The position numbers and the translations under genes are program-made. Positions 21,418-35,459 of a stretch of DNA of 64,000 nt are shown here, piece after piece (within the stretch, counting starts at the first letter, position 1; each line of letters starts with the position of its first letter). This stretch comes from Vicugna vicugna (Eukaryota), in contig MU057887.1 of the NCBI GenBank assembly GCA_013265495.1, positions 1,811,985-1,875,984 of the forward strand, in the 5' to 3' direction. The notes beneath the pieces were generated by a model. It searched no databases, was not told the DNA's origin, and saw only the letters and a list, made by a program, of their open reading frames with translations.

Positions 21418-24149
21418 GTAAGTAAATGCCTTTTCAGAAGAACCCGAGCTTGACCTTCTGCAGGAGAGAGCGTATTACGTTTAGTTTTCAGGGTTATTTG
21501 CAGAAGGACTTTGAGCCGCACTCCTCGTGGTCACCACTGACCTGCTGTTTGAAATCCCTGATGGAGGGCACAGGTCACGTGGGGCCTGGGCTCTGCGGAC
21601 CCCTGCCTTGTTAAACGTGCTGTCACAGGCCCCCCGGAGAAGCCTGCTGCGCTGGCAGGTGTGTGTCCTCGGCAGGGTGGCCTGGAGGCTCCCGGAAGCC
21701 TCGGGTTGGCCATGGGCTGTGGTTTACCAGGAAGGGGCTGGGCACGTGATCAGATGCCTGGCTGCCCAGCTTGGTCGACCCAGGGCCAAGTCCCAGCCCC
21801 GTCCCCATCCCCACGTGGGCCTTGTGCAGTGGCCCAGGGCCTGCATGGGTGCTGACCCCTGGGAGGGCTGGGCTGTCTGTGGTGCAGTGAAGAGACCCAG
21901 CGGTGGGGACCAGGGACCAGGCTCCACCCTGACAGGCTGGGGCTCACCTTCCGGCCGCTTCACCTCCTCAAGCCCCTCATCTTTCAGGAGAGGGAATGAG
22001 TAGGGAGGCCCTACGGTCCTGGGTCACAGTACAGGGCCCCGGGCAGCTCGCCTGGCCTGTGGTCCCTCGGCTCCTGGGCTGGACAGGCGCTCTGAGAACC
22101 CTCCCCCTGCCCCCAAGGGCCGTGGGAGGAGCCAGCCAACCCTGCCGCCCTGCCCCGTGGCTTTCCACCTTGGCCACCCAGAGGGACCCCTTCCTGGGCC
22201 AGCAGAGCGCAGCGCCCAGCCTGCCCCACCCGAGGTGGTAGACGGGGAAATGAGGTCATTCCTCCCTCAGACTCCTGCCCTTGCGGTCAGCTCGGGGCCG
22301 GCTGTGCACTGCGGGGAGCGGCGGGGTCGTAGCCGGGTCCAGCCTCCTCCAGCCTCCTGTCCTGGTCTGTGAAGGGGGAGACGCACCTCCTGCCCTGCCC
22401 CGTCGGGCTCGTGTGCAGCCTGCTCGAGGCTGGGGGGCTAGGGCCCACCACCCACTCTGCCCACCCTCGTCTCTGTGTGTCACAGGCCTGGAGTTGCTGA
22501 TGGGGCCACACCTACCTGGGGTTCCCAGTGAGGTGGGATCAACGCAGACAAGAAACTGGGGCTCCCACTGTGCTGTCCTTTGGTCACGGGAGGCGCGGGA
22601 GAGCCCGCGGACGGGCCTGGCCATGCGTTTGCAGGGGGAAGGGCCCAGCTTCCCTGGTGACCGTGACCAGCGTTCACACCTGCGCCTGGCTGGCTCCCCG
22701 AGCGCCTTCCGGGGACCGGGTGGTGCAGGCACCTGGGTCCCCGAGGTTCAGGCTCACCAGGCTGACAGTGTCTCAGGTGTGCCTGCCCCAGTCGTGTTTG
22801 GGATTCTCTGGCTGGGAAGCCGTTTCCTGCAGGCCCCAGGCGGCTGTCACCACCCACCTGGCTGCTTTTTTCCAGCCAGGTTTTGTCGGGCCTTTGGTGG
22901 AAGGAGCTCCCTGTGTGTGGCCTCCTGTGCCCTGGCAATGCGCCTGGCATGTCGACCTCGTCCTGGCCGTCTGTGGGGTGAGAACTCGGGGCCCAGAGAG
23001 GGTGAGCGGCCGAGGCCCCTCTGCTCCCGGGGAGCACAGGTGGCTGAAGACCTCTCTGAAGGGCTGGGCTCGGGTCTTGACCTAGAGCTGCCACACGCTG
23101 TGAGGCAGAGTGTACCCCCCGCAAGTGGGGGGTGCAGGTGAGATGGGGGTGCTGGCGTCCTGGGCTCTTTGGCTGATTCATAGGTGCACTTGATAAAATC
23201 CTGGAAATGAGTTCAATTTTATCCCCTCAAAGTCTGAGCTGCTTCGTTTGCATCCCGGGACAGACACCAGGGGTCTGACTGCAGCCCCTGGGTGGCCCCC
23301 TGGTCCTCAGTCCGCCTCCAGGGCCCGGTTTGCCCTCACCCTGCTGCGTGGGGGAGGGGCAGCGCCCAGGCAGGGCGGGTCCTGCCCTGCCGCCTCCTGG
23401 GGCTGTGACCCAGCACTGTGGGCGCAGAGACGCTTTGTGATGTGGGCAAGTTCTCTCTGCATAGAGATTGGCAGCGTGGTTCTTGATTTTGATACAAAGG
23501 GAGGTGCCAGTGTGCAGTGTTTGGATTTTCGAAGTAGAGAAGTTCATAAATTTATGGCGAGCAGAACGTGGAAATTCCAGGGAGATCGTGGCCCTCTCCG
23601 TGGAGCCCTCCGGAGCTCAGAGGTCTGTAAACACCCCCAGTGACTTAACCCACTGCTGCAAGTTTGCTGACAAACGACCAGTCTCACGAGGAGAGACAGC
23701 TTCTCTTGCATGCGGGGAGGCTCTGAGCAAGGGCAGGACCGGTTGTGAGGCCCCGTCTGGAAACCCCACTTAATCCACAGAAGGGTGCTCAGTGTGTGCG
23801 TCGTGGACACCTCGCCCGGCGCCCGTGTCCGGGTGGAGCTCTGGGCTGCTTGGCCCGTGGCTGAGGAGCCCCTGGCGGTGCTGGCCTCTGCTGTCTCAGA
23901 CCCTTCCCCTGTGTCCTTTGGATCGTAGGCGGCAGCTTAGCGAGGACCAGGTGGAAACAGGCAAGGGCAGTGCCCGCTGGGAGGCCTCGGTCTGCTGGGA
24001 TGTCCCTGGTCCCCCGGTGTCCCCTCAGCCCCTCCGTCTGGGCCAGGCCCATGCTGTCTGTGGGAGACTCTCTGATGGGCTGGACAGGCTAGGGGTGACA
24101 GACGAAGGAAGGCCCGCTCCTGGCTCTGCCCGGGGCCTGGGGCCAGGGA

Positions 24150-24480
24150 ACAGGAAGGATGGGTGTCATGAATCAGGTGCGGGGGCAGGTGGGGGAGAGA
24201 GAACCCAGGACGCGGAGTGGGAGCGGATCAGATACCGGCCTGCTCTGCAGGGGAGGGAAGTCAGTGAGGCTGGTGCTGGGAGTGTGCGGTCGGGGTCAGG
24301 GTGGCGATCGGGTGATGAGCCTGAGAAGGAACGAGAGAGCCAGGGAGGCCTTGGTGGGAGGCCAGAGGCTTCTCAACCCGGGCCTCCTCCCAGGGCAGGG
24401 CCAGATGTGGGGAGGGGGCTGGATGCAGTGGGGGCGGAGCGGGGGGGCACAGAGGTGAGGGGCGGGGCACAGGTGAAGGG
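24150..24480 (-). mobile_element. L2 LINE fragment (GC-shifted, tentative)
   Basis: Purine-rich gaagtcagtgaggctggtgctgggagtg...gagccagggaggccttggtggg pattern typical of antisense L2. Confidence 0.45.
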
Positions 24481-24819
24481 TGGCAGCTGGACAGATTCAG
24501 GGGTGCAGGCTCGGCGGGCTCCCTGTCGGACTTCAAGGAGGAAGCGGCCGCACCGCAGTGAAGACGGTGGCTTGGAGGGGCCTCTCCTGTGAGGAACCGC
24601 CCGGCAGAGACTCCTGGGCTCACGGACACGAAGCCCCACGTCTCCATTCGCAGAAGTCTCCACCTGTGACCTCTCCCCTCTGCCGATGAAACCTGAATTT
24701 AGGACTTTACAGGACAGAAGGGGGTCGAGTGGAGCGGTCGGAAAAGGGACTCAGCGGATTGGATCAGGATGGACACGGGGCTGCTGTGGGTCCACTGGCC
24801 AGAGACACAGGGCGGCTGA

Positions 24820-25520
24820 AGAGCTCTGGGTGGAATTTGAATGGTACAGAGATGAATCTTTTTTGGTAAGTGTTTGTGAAACATTTACAAAATCAATCAT
24901 CTGATCGAGGGCATAGAAATTGCCAAAATCTGAAGAACTGGAATCACACGGGCTACATTTGCTGAGCACAGCCCTTTGAAACCAGACAGTAGTGAAGTTA
25001 AAGCAGAGGAACCGAGCGCTGGGAAATCAGAGGCCTTCTGTCGAGGGGAAAGCGGCCCTGGTGTCGCACGGCAGGCTCCCGGCCGCGTGGGGTGTGGCCG
25101 CGCTGGGCTTGCAAGCAAACCCACAGGCAGAGTGCTTTTTATTACTTAAAAACATAAATAAACTCAACTGAAGAAGCTGGCAATGGAAAAACAGAGTCAC
25201 CTGGGGTGAAGACGGTGAAGGAGCTCACGCGTGAAGCAAGGGGCCGGACTGGGAGAGCGAGTGGGCACGTAGCTCCTCCCGCCCTCCACACGGGAGCCCC
25301 GAGAGCCCGCCTCCCTCCCGCAGCCGACCGAGACCAGGGCCCAAGGGTGTTGCCGGGGCAGGTGGCAGAGCGCCCTGTGCCCACCGAAATTCCAAGAGCC
25401 CGGAAGGAAAGGCCACCGGGAATCCCGCGGACTGTACAAGCAGTCTCGGCGGCTGGTCCGGGGACACAGCTTCATCACAACTTCAGCCAAGTTCTGCTCT
25501 TAAGGAAGTAGAATAAGAGA
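24820..25520 (+). mobile_element. Old L1 ORF2 fragments
   Basis: gaaacatttacaaaatcaatcat...gaactggaatcacacgggctacatttgctgagcacag and aaactcaactgaagaagctgg match decayed L1 ORF2. Confidence 0.6.
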
Positions 25521-26689
25521 TTACTCACCTTAACATGCTAGAGAATGTCTCAGATCGACAGCCAGGAACACCGGGGACACCAGGGACAGCCCCATAAAAC
25601 CCCCGGTCTCCTTTGTTTCTGCGCCTGATGAATCAGTGTCCAGGGACGCCTTCCCCCACTTCCCCTGCGTGGTGCACGCACAGACACGCACCAGGGAGGT
25701 GGAAGACGGATTTTCTAAGTGTGCGGACTCTTCCAGGAGTAGCCAGCCCTGGAACGCTGTCGGCCCTGAGGCACCTGCTCGTTCCTGCTGGAGGGACCCA
25801 GCTCCCAGGCGTAGACAGCCCAGCCCAGGACACAGGGCAAAACCTGGAGTCCGAGCAGATGGAGGTGAGCCAGAAACCCTTTGCACAAGTCAGGACCCCG
25901 GAGCCCAAGCGAGTGCACCAGATGGACAGACAGAGTTGGGCAGGTGGGTTTTCCTGTCTGAGACTTGGCTCTGAACGGGACAGGAGTGAAAGTCTCCCTG
26001 GAGAATTCCCAGCCACGCGCTCACCTCCCACTCGTTTGGAACTCACATTACTTTTGTGACTGACCCCCCCGCTGCAACGTGAATTTAAAATGGCCAGAGC
26101 GCCAGGGGCCTGACCTGAGAAAGTGCCAGCCCTCGCGAGAGTGACGCATTCTAAGCTCGGCCTTGGGGCTGTGTCTGTAATCAGGAGAAAATGTCCGTGT
26201 GGAGAAGACAGTGGGTGGAGACCGTCAGGTGGCCCACAGGAGAGTCTGTGTGGCCACCCCGTAAAGCTAAGACGCCTCTGTCCCTCCTGAAGGATTGAAA
26301 TTGAAACATGCTGCCCGTCCACTCAGCCGTGCTCTTAAAAACGTGCTTCCTTAAGATCGATGAAGTTGGCATGAAACAGGCCTGTGCCTTCACTCCTCCC
26401 CGGCGGGTGAGATGCAGCCTTTCTGGAGAGCCGTTAGTAATACATCAGGAGCCTCACCTTTGATCAGTAATTCCCCTTGTTCATAATTAGGGGAAAACAG
26501 ATTGTCTGCAGTCTAGATATCCAGCCTTAGAGGAACCGTCCCCTGGGTCACGGGACACTGCTGGTTGGAGTGTAACCCCCCAAAGTCGCAGCTTCAAGTA
26601 ACAGTTACTGACGTGGGAAAACGCTCTCAGTGTGTTTCTACGTGGGGAAAGGTGTGATCTGAAATCACATACGTCTAAACGCTTGTAAA

Positions 26690-26970
26690 TACGCATGCAC
26701 GCCTGCACGTGTACATGCATGTAAAACCCATGCTCACACACACGTAGAAAACACAGTCTGCATATGTATGTGTGTATAAATGTTCACGTACATGTGTCCA
26801 CATATGTAAGATGCACACATAAAACAATCTGCATGTGTGCATATAAAACACATGTCCACATGTGCATGTGGACATTACAAATCTACACACTACACACGGA
26901 GGAAACACACCCACATGTGTACGTACATATACTTACACACATAAGTACACGCACATATTAACTATATACA
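26690..26970. repeat. Degenerate alternating purine-pyrimidine (CA/TA/TG) low-complexity tract
   Basis: catgcacgcctgcacgtgtacatgcatg...acacacataagtacacgcacata; adjoins an L1M-like 3' fragment at about 26400-26680. Confidence 0.8.
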
Positions 26971-29900
26971 GAAAGGATCTTAATTTTACTTGTGTCAGGT
27001 GCTCAGATAAGAACTGCCAGAGGCAGAGCCCGGTGGTCGTCATTTAGCTGAGGTTAGGAGAATTATGGATGTTTCATTTTCTTGGCTGAGTGTTTATTTT
27101 CCACGTCCCCGCTGTGTGTGGTCATCTGCTTCTCTCTCAGGTTCATTCCCCGTAAAGGGGTGGGACCCCGCGGGGAGGTGCCTGGTGACTGGCTCACAGG
27201 CCCTGGACGCTGCAGCAGGTGTCCTGGGATCCCCACAGACGCACGCCTGTCCCTCGGCTCACACACGTGTGCACTTGCAGACACACATGCACGCACTCCA
27301 CATGGTCCCCAGAGGCGAGAAGTGCGTCCTGCTCATCTGAGGATCCTCAGTGCCTACGGGTGCCCCCACCTGCCCACGACCGACCACTCAGGAGCTGCAC
27401 CCACCTGGTGCCCAGGCTGTCCCCTCCCTCTGGTCCGGATGCCGTGATGGAGGGGCTCTTGCCCTGCCTGGTCCGGCCTGTAAGCCACTCTCAAAGTCTG
27501 CCGTTCATTCGCTGGCCCAAGCTTCCTTCTGCCGAGTATTGGTTCCTCAGCACAAGAGAGGGGCTGGGGGAGGTCATTTACAAAGACAGAAAGGGACAAC
27601 ACCTGCAGCCCGAGCTTTGCGGCGACCGGGCCGGGCGACCTGGCCCCTTAGCTGTGCTCCGGCCCGGACGCCGGGGCCCAGTGTTCTCGGCCTCTGGCCG
27701 CAGCCCCGGGTCTTCCATTTGCTTCACCGGAGCTCTCGAAGCAGGTGCTCCTCAGCTAGAGCCTTCGTCTGGCTGGCCTCCGGCCTTTGAGTATCCTTTG
27801 CAGCTTTGGGATATCACGTGGGGGGGGGGCGGGGAGGGACAGCCCGTGCTCGCACCAGGGGGCCTTTGTCACCTCCAGTGAGTGTTCTCTGCATCCTTGA
27901 GGCCCAGGTATCGTGACTCTGAGGTCTCAGCCCTCCAGGAGGCCAGGACCTCCTTGAAGGTGGCGCGGGGCTGGGCGGGGAGAGCACCTCTGTCCTCCTT
28001 GGCGCCCCTGCCCTTACCTTTGCCCTGAAAGCAGAGAGCGGCAGAGTCTGTGGGACTTTCTGGAAGATTCCCCTGCCCTGTATCCAGGTGGACTCCTGTG
28101 TGGGGCCACCCGATGGCGCCCTGTCTGTGAAGCCCAGCGCGGGGGCCTGTCTCTCATGGCCATTTCTCTGCCTGGCGCCCTCCCCGCACAGCGGCGGTCA
28201 TCTCCTCTCCGGACGCGGGGAGACGGCCCCTCGCCGTGGTCACCGAAGCACGCTGGTCAGGACTGAGGCGGGCGTGTGCTGCCAAGTTGAAGGGCAGCGT
28301 CCTTGCTGGAGTTCACGAGTGAAGCGTGAGGGGCGGGGTGTGAGGAAGGACGGGAGAAGAGCTTGTCCGAGGGGCTCATTGTGGCTCCAAGGGGCTGGAA
28401 GTGCGCTGGCGTCACAGGAACGTTTTCCCGGTGGCTCCGTTAAAGCAGGAGGAATTTGGGCCACACCCAGGGAGGACCCTCCTCCCGCCCCCTTGAAGTA
28501 ACTTGGGAAGACGTCTGCCAGCAGCTTTGCGGGCACTGGAAGGTGCAGCGTGCGCCCCCGCACTCAGCCGCCAGGCCCCGGGAGGGTGGGCAGCGATGGC
28601 CGGGGGGGAGTCCTCGTCCCGGCAGGGGGTGTAAGTGACCGAGGCTTGTCCTGTACAAGTGTCAGGAGTGTCCTCAGAGTGGGACCCACTTATGACACCG
28701 AGAGCACAGAACGCGCACAGTGACTTTGTCAGGAGAAGAGGGAGGGAGCCCCTTCCCCATTCCTCGGCCCCTGAGGATGGCACACACTGTCTTCTCGTCT
28801 CCGGGTCCAGGGGAGGTGTGGGCAGCAGGAGCTGCATGGGGGGAGCCCGCATGGTCCCATCCCTGCAGCCTGGTGGGAAGTCTGTGTGTCTGTCCACGGC
28901 TGCCATCCACTCAGTGGGCGCCCTGTGCTCCCGGTGGCGCTGACCCCACTGTAGCGCAAGTGGTAGATGAGGCGGGGGGACGATCCGGGCCTGCTTCTCC
29001 CCTGCCTGCCCGGGCTGGGGCCTGGCAGCAGAACTGCTTACTAGGAGGTGGTACCCAGGGCCACCCGAGGCCACGGCGTCCACGGCGCCCACGGCAGGGG
29101 CACTGGCCCTGCCTAGGCTGGGGGTGCCCCAAGGAATCCGCCCACGGACCCACGGGGAGGTGGGACGGTGAGGGGCATTACTGACCCTCTACCCTCGGTT
29201 TTCCCCATCGGAAAGGCGGAATGCAGCCTCCCACTCACTGTGCCCGCAGGGTTACCACAAGGGGTGAGTGAGGGCACAGACAGAGGAGGGGCTTGGAGCC
29301 GCCGCTGCTTCACACCGCGCACACACCCGTGCACGCACCCTCAGAACCTCTTAGAAGTGAGCCAAGGAAAAGAATTGTTTCCGCTGTTTTCTGATCTCTG
29401 AAAAACCAGCCCCCTCCCTCTGCGGGTGGGGAATTCTTACTGAAATAGTCATTAAGGAAACGACCCCTGGGCCACACACACAACCTGTTTGTGTCCCTCT
29501 GCTTGCGGCCCCTCACGCATTCATTCCTGTGGTCACTGGCGTCCGGCTGCCACGCGTGGCCGGGCTGCTCCTTCGGGGTCACGGGGAGGGTGGCTTGTGA
29601 AAGTGGCCACATCTGCCTCAGGGTCCATTGAATAACTCCAGGTACCTTCTCAGCATCGCAGGAGGGGCTGGGGCGGCAGACAGGGTGGCCATCCACCTGC
29701 CAGGCCTGCTGGTGGGTGCCTGGCCTGTGTTCTTCGGGCAGGTGGCCCTCGCCGCCCCCTTGAGCCACACAGGCCTGGGCTCGCTGATTTGAGGGACCCT
29801 CCTGGCTGCCCGCCCACCCACCCCTCCACCCTCACCAGTTTCCCTAGTTCCTCCCTCTCCCCCCAGGGCAGCCCCCCGGGGTGGTGCTGGGCTTGGGAGA

Positions 29901-30602
29901 CTCGGGGTGACTCAGCTGGCTGTCCCCGCCCCTGCAGCCCCTGCCCGCCCACGGTGGGCCGTTCGCCGCGGTCCTTTCCCTTTAAGAGGGGAACCTCTGG
30001 ACGCTGTTTGGATAGAGACAGGAGCGCCTGAGGCTGCGGATAATCAGTTGTGTCCCAGGACCATCCTCAGACGTGTCTGTGCTTCTATTAAGTCAGCCCT
30101 GTCTGTGGTGGGTTTCACGTTCTGGGGGTGCTGAGCCACTGGAACCCAAGCCCGTGGGCCACGGGGCTGTGCCCAGGCCAGGCCCCTGTCCCCCTATTGT
30201 GGTACCTCCTGGGAAGAGCGCCAGACAGAGTCCCAGAATTCGCCCCGCCGGCTAGACAGGGCCGCCCGCCGTGCAGGCTTTGCCTTCAGTACAGGGCGCC
30301 TCTGTGGAAGCCCAGGGAACTCCCGCTTGTGCAGCAGAGTTGGGGTCCTCGGGGGAAGTGACCTTGGTCCTGCAGGCCTGCTTTGTAGGCCGCTTCTCCA
30401 TCTGTGTGCAGGATTACGGCACAGCCCTCCAGGCCGGGCCTCGCAGGGCTCCTGGGCCTCCGCCCAGAGCTGCCTTCCTGCTGCTGGAGGACGCTAGGGC
30501 AGCCTGAGCCCCCCTCCCGGGGGGGTGCGTTCGTGGTGCCCCCCATGCCGGTGCTCATGTCAGCTGGCGCAAATGACATTGCACTGACCCGCAGCAGCTT
30601 CA

Positions 30603-30730
30603 GAGGGGACAGCTCAGTGGTAGAGCGCATGCTTTGCGTGCACGAGGTCCTGGGTTCAATCCCCAGCACTTCTACTAAAAACAGAATTAAATAAACCTAA
30701 TTACTTACCCCCCCCTAAATAAAACTAAAC
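30603..30730 (+). mobile_element. Camelid tRNA-Ala-derived SINE (Vic-1-like)
   Basis: agctcagtggtagagcgcatgctttgcgtgcacgaggtcctgggttcaatccccagc head plus aataaacctaattac-cccccc tail. Confidence 0.93.
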
Positions 30731-31039
30731 ACCGCACTGTCAGCCCCAGGCACCCTTCCCGGGGTGGTGTCCTCTGCCTCAGCGCCTGTGTTCTCCCTCC
30801 CACCCCCGCTCCTCCCCCACCTTTCATAAAGGAGAAGTGCGCTCTCCTGGCGGAAGGTGACATTTCAGCTCCCGCACTGACTCCCTCTCCCCCTGGGTCT
30901 GGGTCGCGCCCCCCCCCCAGCATCTCCCCCAGCCCAGTTGTTCCCGGGGCTCCCAGCCGAACCTCCATCAGGACAGGCCTGCCCGCAGGTGAGGCGGAGG
31001 GCAGCTGCGACTGATGGATTTTGCCAGCATCTCTCTCCC

Positions 31040-31270
31040 TGCTCATTTCTGCCCTGAATCAGTCTTGCCATTAAAGAAAAAATTACACCCACCATTCAAA
31101 CCATTAATTGAAAGGCTGTTATTATCGCATTAATGGTGTTTGATATCCAAGGCAGATAAACTAGGAGAAGCTCATCTGTTCCGTCTCTGAAGAAATGTAA
31201 TTACATTTTGGGACTTATTAAATCGTCTCCCGCTCAGCTGTCACGCCTTCCATCTTGCAGTCTTGCGTGG
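31040..31270. promoter_or_regulatory. Candidate conserved intronic enhancer
   Basis: Unique AT-rich island dense in TAAT/ATTA homeodomain cores within GC-rich flanks. Confidence 0.4.
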
Positions 31271-34200
31271 ACACCCCAACGAATCCAGCATGGAAATAGG
31301 ATTACACGGGCCCGAGGGGGGCCCGACGCCCCGCATGTGCGCGCGTGGTCGGGGTGTTCAGGGAGGCGCGCGAGGCCGTCGTGCTGGCCGGTCCGCAGCC
31401 CGCTGCCTTCCCGGGCACTGATGGGCCCGCTGCTGCTTGGAAGCTTCCTGGCTGTGGGCAGGTCTGATTCGGGGCTTTCGGGTGCTGAGCCTGCGAGGGG
31501 TGGAGTTGACCCTAACAGGCCCACCAGCTGCTTGGCCGCTGAGACTGAGAGGGCGGGGCTGCTTCCTGTGACCCCGGGACGGAGAGGGAGCCAGGTGGGG
31601 ACTGGCGGCCCCGGAGGGCGTGTCCCCAGGTGGGGCCTCCCACCCAGCCGGGCCCAGACGGATTAACCGCCAGCTCCGGGCGCCTCTGTGGAAAGAACTC
31701 CTTGTGCCTCGTGGTGGTTCTGTTTTCTCTCCTGTGTCCTCTCCACTCACTTAACCACATCTGGGATTTCCACGTGACTGCCACGCACCCCCAGGCCTCC
31801 AGGGCTCCGTGCTGGGGAGGCGGCACCGCACCGAGGGGCTCGGGCTCCGTCCATCCTCCAGGAAGTGGCCACCCAGCGCGTCATGTACCGGCAGCGTCCT
31901 GACCAGGCCCCTCCGGCTGACGAAGATGGGCCAGGAGACTGCTGAGGGGTGCCCAGGTCCCCCGTGGGGGTTGGCACAGCAGGGCCCAGGCAGGAAGAGG
32001 AAGGAGCAGGTGGCTTTGAGGGTCTCAGATCCCCACTTCCAGGCTAGAAAATGAGGCTCAGAGAAGCAAAGGGACCATAGGATTTGGGTGCCACCTGGCA
32101 TCCAGCTTCCTGAGGCTCCCAGCACCGGCCCCTCCTCCTCAGCACCCCCTGCAGCCTCGGCCCCGCCCTGGTCCTTCCTGGGGGGCTCCGTCAGAGGCGG
32201 GAGACCGCTGGGGGAGGAGGCTGTATGCCTCCTTGGACCCGGACCCGGGGGGGCACGAAGAGCCCAGGCGACCACCCCCGTGTGACCCTGCGTGGCCGCT
32301 TCCGCCGCCCACCCCCGGAGTGGGACTTGAGAGGAACTCGGAGAGCATCAGGGGGCGGGCACCTGCAGAATCGCCACTCTGTCTGCACACCTGGGGCCCC
32401 CGGGAGTGGGGGCCGCCGCCATGCAGACGAAGTGCCGGCCGACACATGGCACGACCCCCCCAGTATCCCCCAGACCTGCCTCACCCAGCACAGGCCCAGG
32501 CAGGGTCCAGCACAGAGTTAACAAATGGGGCCACAGTGTCCTGGGCTCGCCAAGTCCCCACCCCTCCTGCCACGTGAAAAATAAATTAAGCTAAGATGGA
32601 AGGGGCTGGAAGTGTTCGGCGAAATCTGCCTTCCGATCCGCTTTCAATCCTGAAAGCCCTTGATCTGTACGGACTGTTCATTTTGTTACCCTAATGAGTT
32701 TGAGGATTTTCAGGGCAAACACGATAGGATTTCTCAGTTCAATTTTGGGGTGTTTGTTTTTTGAGATAAAGCACACAGAAGAAGTTGCATTGATCTTTTA
32801 ATTCCTCATACAAAGAGAAAATATTTGCTCTTCTCCTATTTAGTGTGTCTGGTCCTCAGCTGGGCTGGCCGGGTGGAGGGTCCAGCTGCACGGAGTGCAG
32901 GAGTCCTGTGGACGCCTGACCCTTCCTCGGTGCAGATGGGAACTGGTTGCCCCTTGTCGGGGAGCTGAGGACCCCACCCATCATTCCTTCTCCACTGGGG
33001 CAGGCTCTCTTGGGGCTCTGTCTGCGGGAGCTGGGATGTCTCTGCCCCCAGCCCCGCTCTGTGCTGGAGGCAGGAACCCCTTCCTGCCGAGCACCTCCAG
33101 TCCCCAGAGAACCCATGGCTGAGAGCAGGTGGCATCCGTCTCGAGGGCCCAGCACCTCCGTCTGCGGGATGGGGCCCAGCACCCTCTCAGGGCTGCTGCA
33201 GGTGCAGGGGCGCACAGGCGCTCGTGGAGTGTCCTCATCAGGGTCACTGTCACCTGAAGGCTTCCACGTCCCCTGTAATTCTGAGGCTGGGGGATGCTGC
33301 GTGTGAACCCACTATCCTAGTTAAGGAGTCAGGACGGCGGGGTATCTTGGGCTCGGCCCCCGGCCCCTCGCTCACGGAGGAGGCATTGTCCGGAGTTACA
33401 GCTGGGGAAAGTGGCCGTGGACACGCCTCACCCAGCCCGCTGCTCGCGGGTGCTTTGTGTGTTCCAGTGGAGAACACGTGGCCCTCAGGAGTGCTCGGCC
33501 TTGCAGTGAAGCGGGTCCGGTGGCGGACAGGGGTTTATCTGCAGTCCAGCGTGATGTCCGCGTCTTTTCCTGGAGCAGCTGCGAGTGCCGTGTGTCTCAG
33601 CCCCCAGGCTCCTGCTTGGCGAGCAGCCCCTCGGGGGAGAGGCTCCAGGGAGCAGTCGGCACATCCTTGGGGAGCCTCCTCGGGGGTCTGTGGACAGCCG
33701 CGTGCTTCCCAGCTGCCTGTTTGGCGGAAGCCCAGGACACACACGGGGCCAGCTCCTGCGTCTGTGGCCGTTCCCGCAGGCGGCCAACCTGGATGTGGGC
33801 CCTTTGGCCTGCAGGGGCCCCCGTGAGTCCCACACGGATCCTGTGCTGGGAGTTGACCTTGTGTGTCTCGCTGCCGTGCGTGCGCTGAGTCACCGCTGGG
33901 CTCGTGCGGTGACGGTTACATCCCGGGCCTCGGGCCTCCAAACGCTGCTCTGTCTAGAGCACAGGCTGCTCAGAGAGCATCTTAGGGCACCGTTGGCACT
34001 AGGGTGGGTAACACCTCCACACGCCTTCCTGGGGCGCACACCAGGGGCCCCGTGGCTCAGACTGGGGCTGCCCTGGGGGCCCCGGCTCCTGCCTCCTTGT
34101 CACGGCGGGGTCACCACCCACCTTGTTCTATGCAGGGGCTTTGGACTGTGCTCCCAGGGTGTTCTGAAGGGCTGGGTGGAGGGCGGCCCCCCGGGGTCTC

Positions 34201-35426
34201 AGGGCGATGAGCCCGCCCCCACCCGCAGACGCCCTGGCCTGCTCTCAGCCACACTGGAGGCGGCGGGCTCCCCGGCGGGGCGCGGGGCTCGCCGTGCGCC
34301 CACAGCGTACAGCCTTAGTCGGTGCGCACGCTTGGACGCAGGCGTTGCTGGGGTCAGGGAAGACCTCTGCTCCCGGTGCCGTGTTTCACGTCTCCACATA
34401 ATCCCGTTGCAGTAAACTTGCTTCCTGTTGGAACAGGTGCGCCAGCCTGTGAACCGGTCACAAGGTCGAGTGACGTGACGTGTGCTAGTACCCGAGCTCT
34501 CTCGACCAGAGTCTCACTCTTAATAGCAGTCTGCGGTGGCCTGGCTCCTGCCTCGCGAGTGTCCCTTTATAATCACTACCAGGTGCCCGCTGTCACTCTG
34601 GAGGTGGGGAGGGGCCACCACGTCCCCAGGGAAGCCGGGCGTTTCTCAGGGTAGTGCCCCCTCCTTGGGGTTGGCGGACATAATTCTGAGCAGAAATCGA
34701 GCTGCGTGTATTTGGAGATCAGTGGCAGTGGTCAGGTGGCTCTGGCTCTGAGTGCGTGTGCTGAATTCTCTCTGCCTTCCCAGCGGCCAGTTGGTTCCAC
34801 CTGTTTCAGGCTGGGCTCCCGGGTTGTGAGCAGTATTCCGCGCAGGGACGTTGCAGGAAGCGGGCTGTTACGGGAAGCTGCCCTGGGACGGCCGCCAGCC
34901 CTCGGGGTCGGGGAGGGTGCCCTGCCCGGCCTTGCCCCCGCCTGCAGCCTGGCAGCTGGAAGTGAGGGCGCCTGAGATTCAGGCCCCGCGCCTGGGGTGA
35001 GGTCAGCTCGGTCACTCGTTGGCCCGTGGCCTTGGTCAAGTCACTTGTCCTCACCATCCCAGTCCCCCAGCCGGAGGCCCGGACCCCAGCCATCTTGAGC
35101 TGCCCAACGTTCTGCGTGTCTTCTGTGGTGCTCAGCGTGTTCTCCGTGTACATTTTAATCCTTGAAACAGCTCTTCCAGAGGGTGGGGGTGTCCCCAGGT
35201 CTGGGGCCCAGAGGTTGACCTGCCCCGGCTCACGCAGCTGCCTGGGCCGCAGGGCTGTCCAGCCGCACCCCGGCCCACCTGCCTGGCAGATGCCTTGGGA
35301 AGGCCCCCGGCCACCCCCCTGGAAGCAGAAGCAGCAGGGCTGCGTGAGATTTTTCCCAACCCCGTTGCAGGGTGTTGACTTTCCCTTGCAGGTCACCTTC
35401 AGTAGTGGGGGTTTCTTTGAAAAGTT

Positions 35427-35428
<2 letters not shown>

Positions 35429-35456
<28 letters not shown>
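35429..35456. repeat. (GT)14 microsatellite
   Basis: Directly read from sequence. Confidence 0.95.

Positions 35457-35459
<3 letters not shown>

Noticed and set aside
30603..30675. tRNA-Ala(TGC)-like gene
   Set aside because: The acceptor stem does not pair and it is followed by the SINE linker and tail; it is a SINE head. The same applies to the other four copies.
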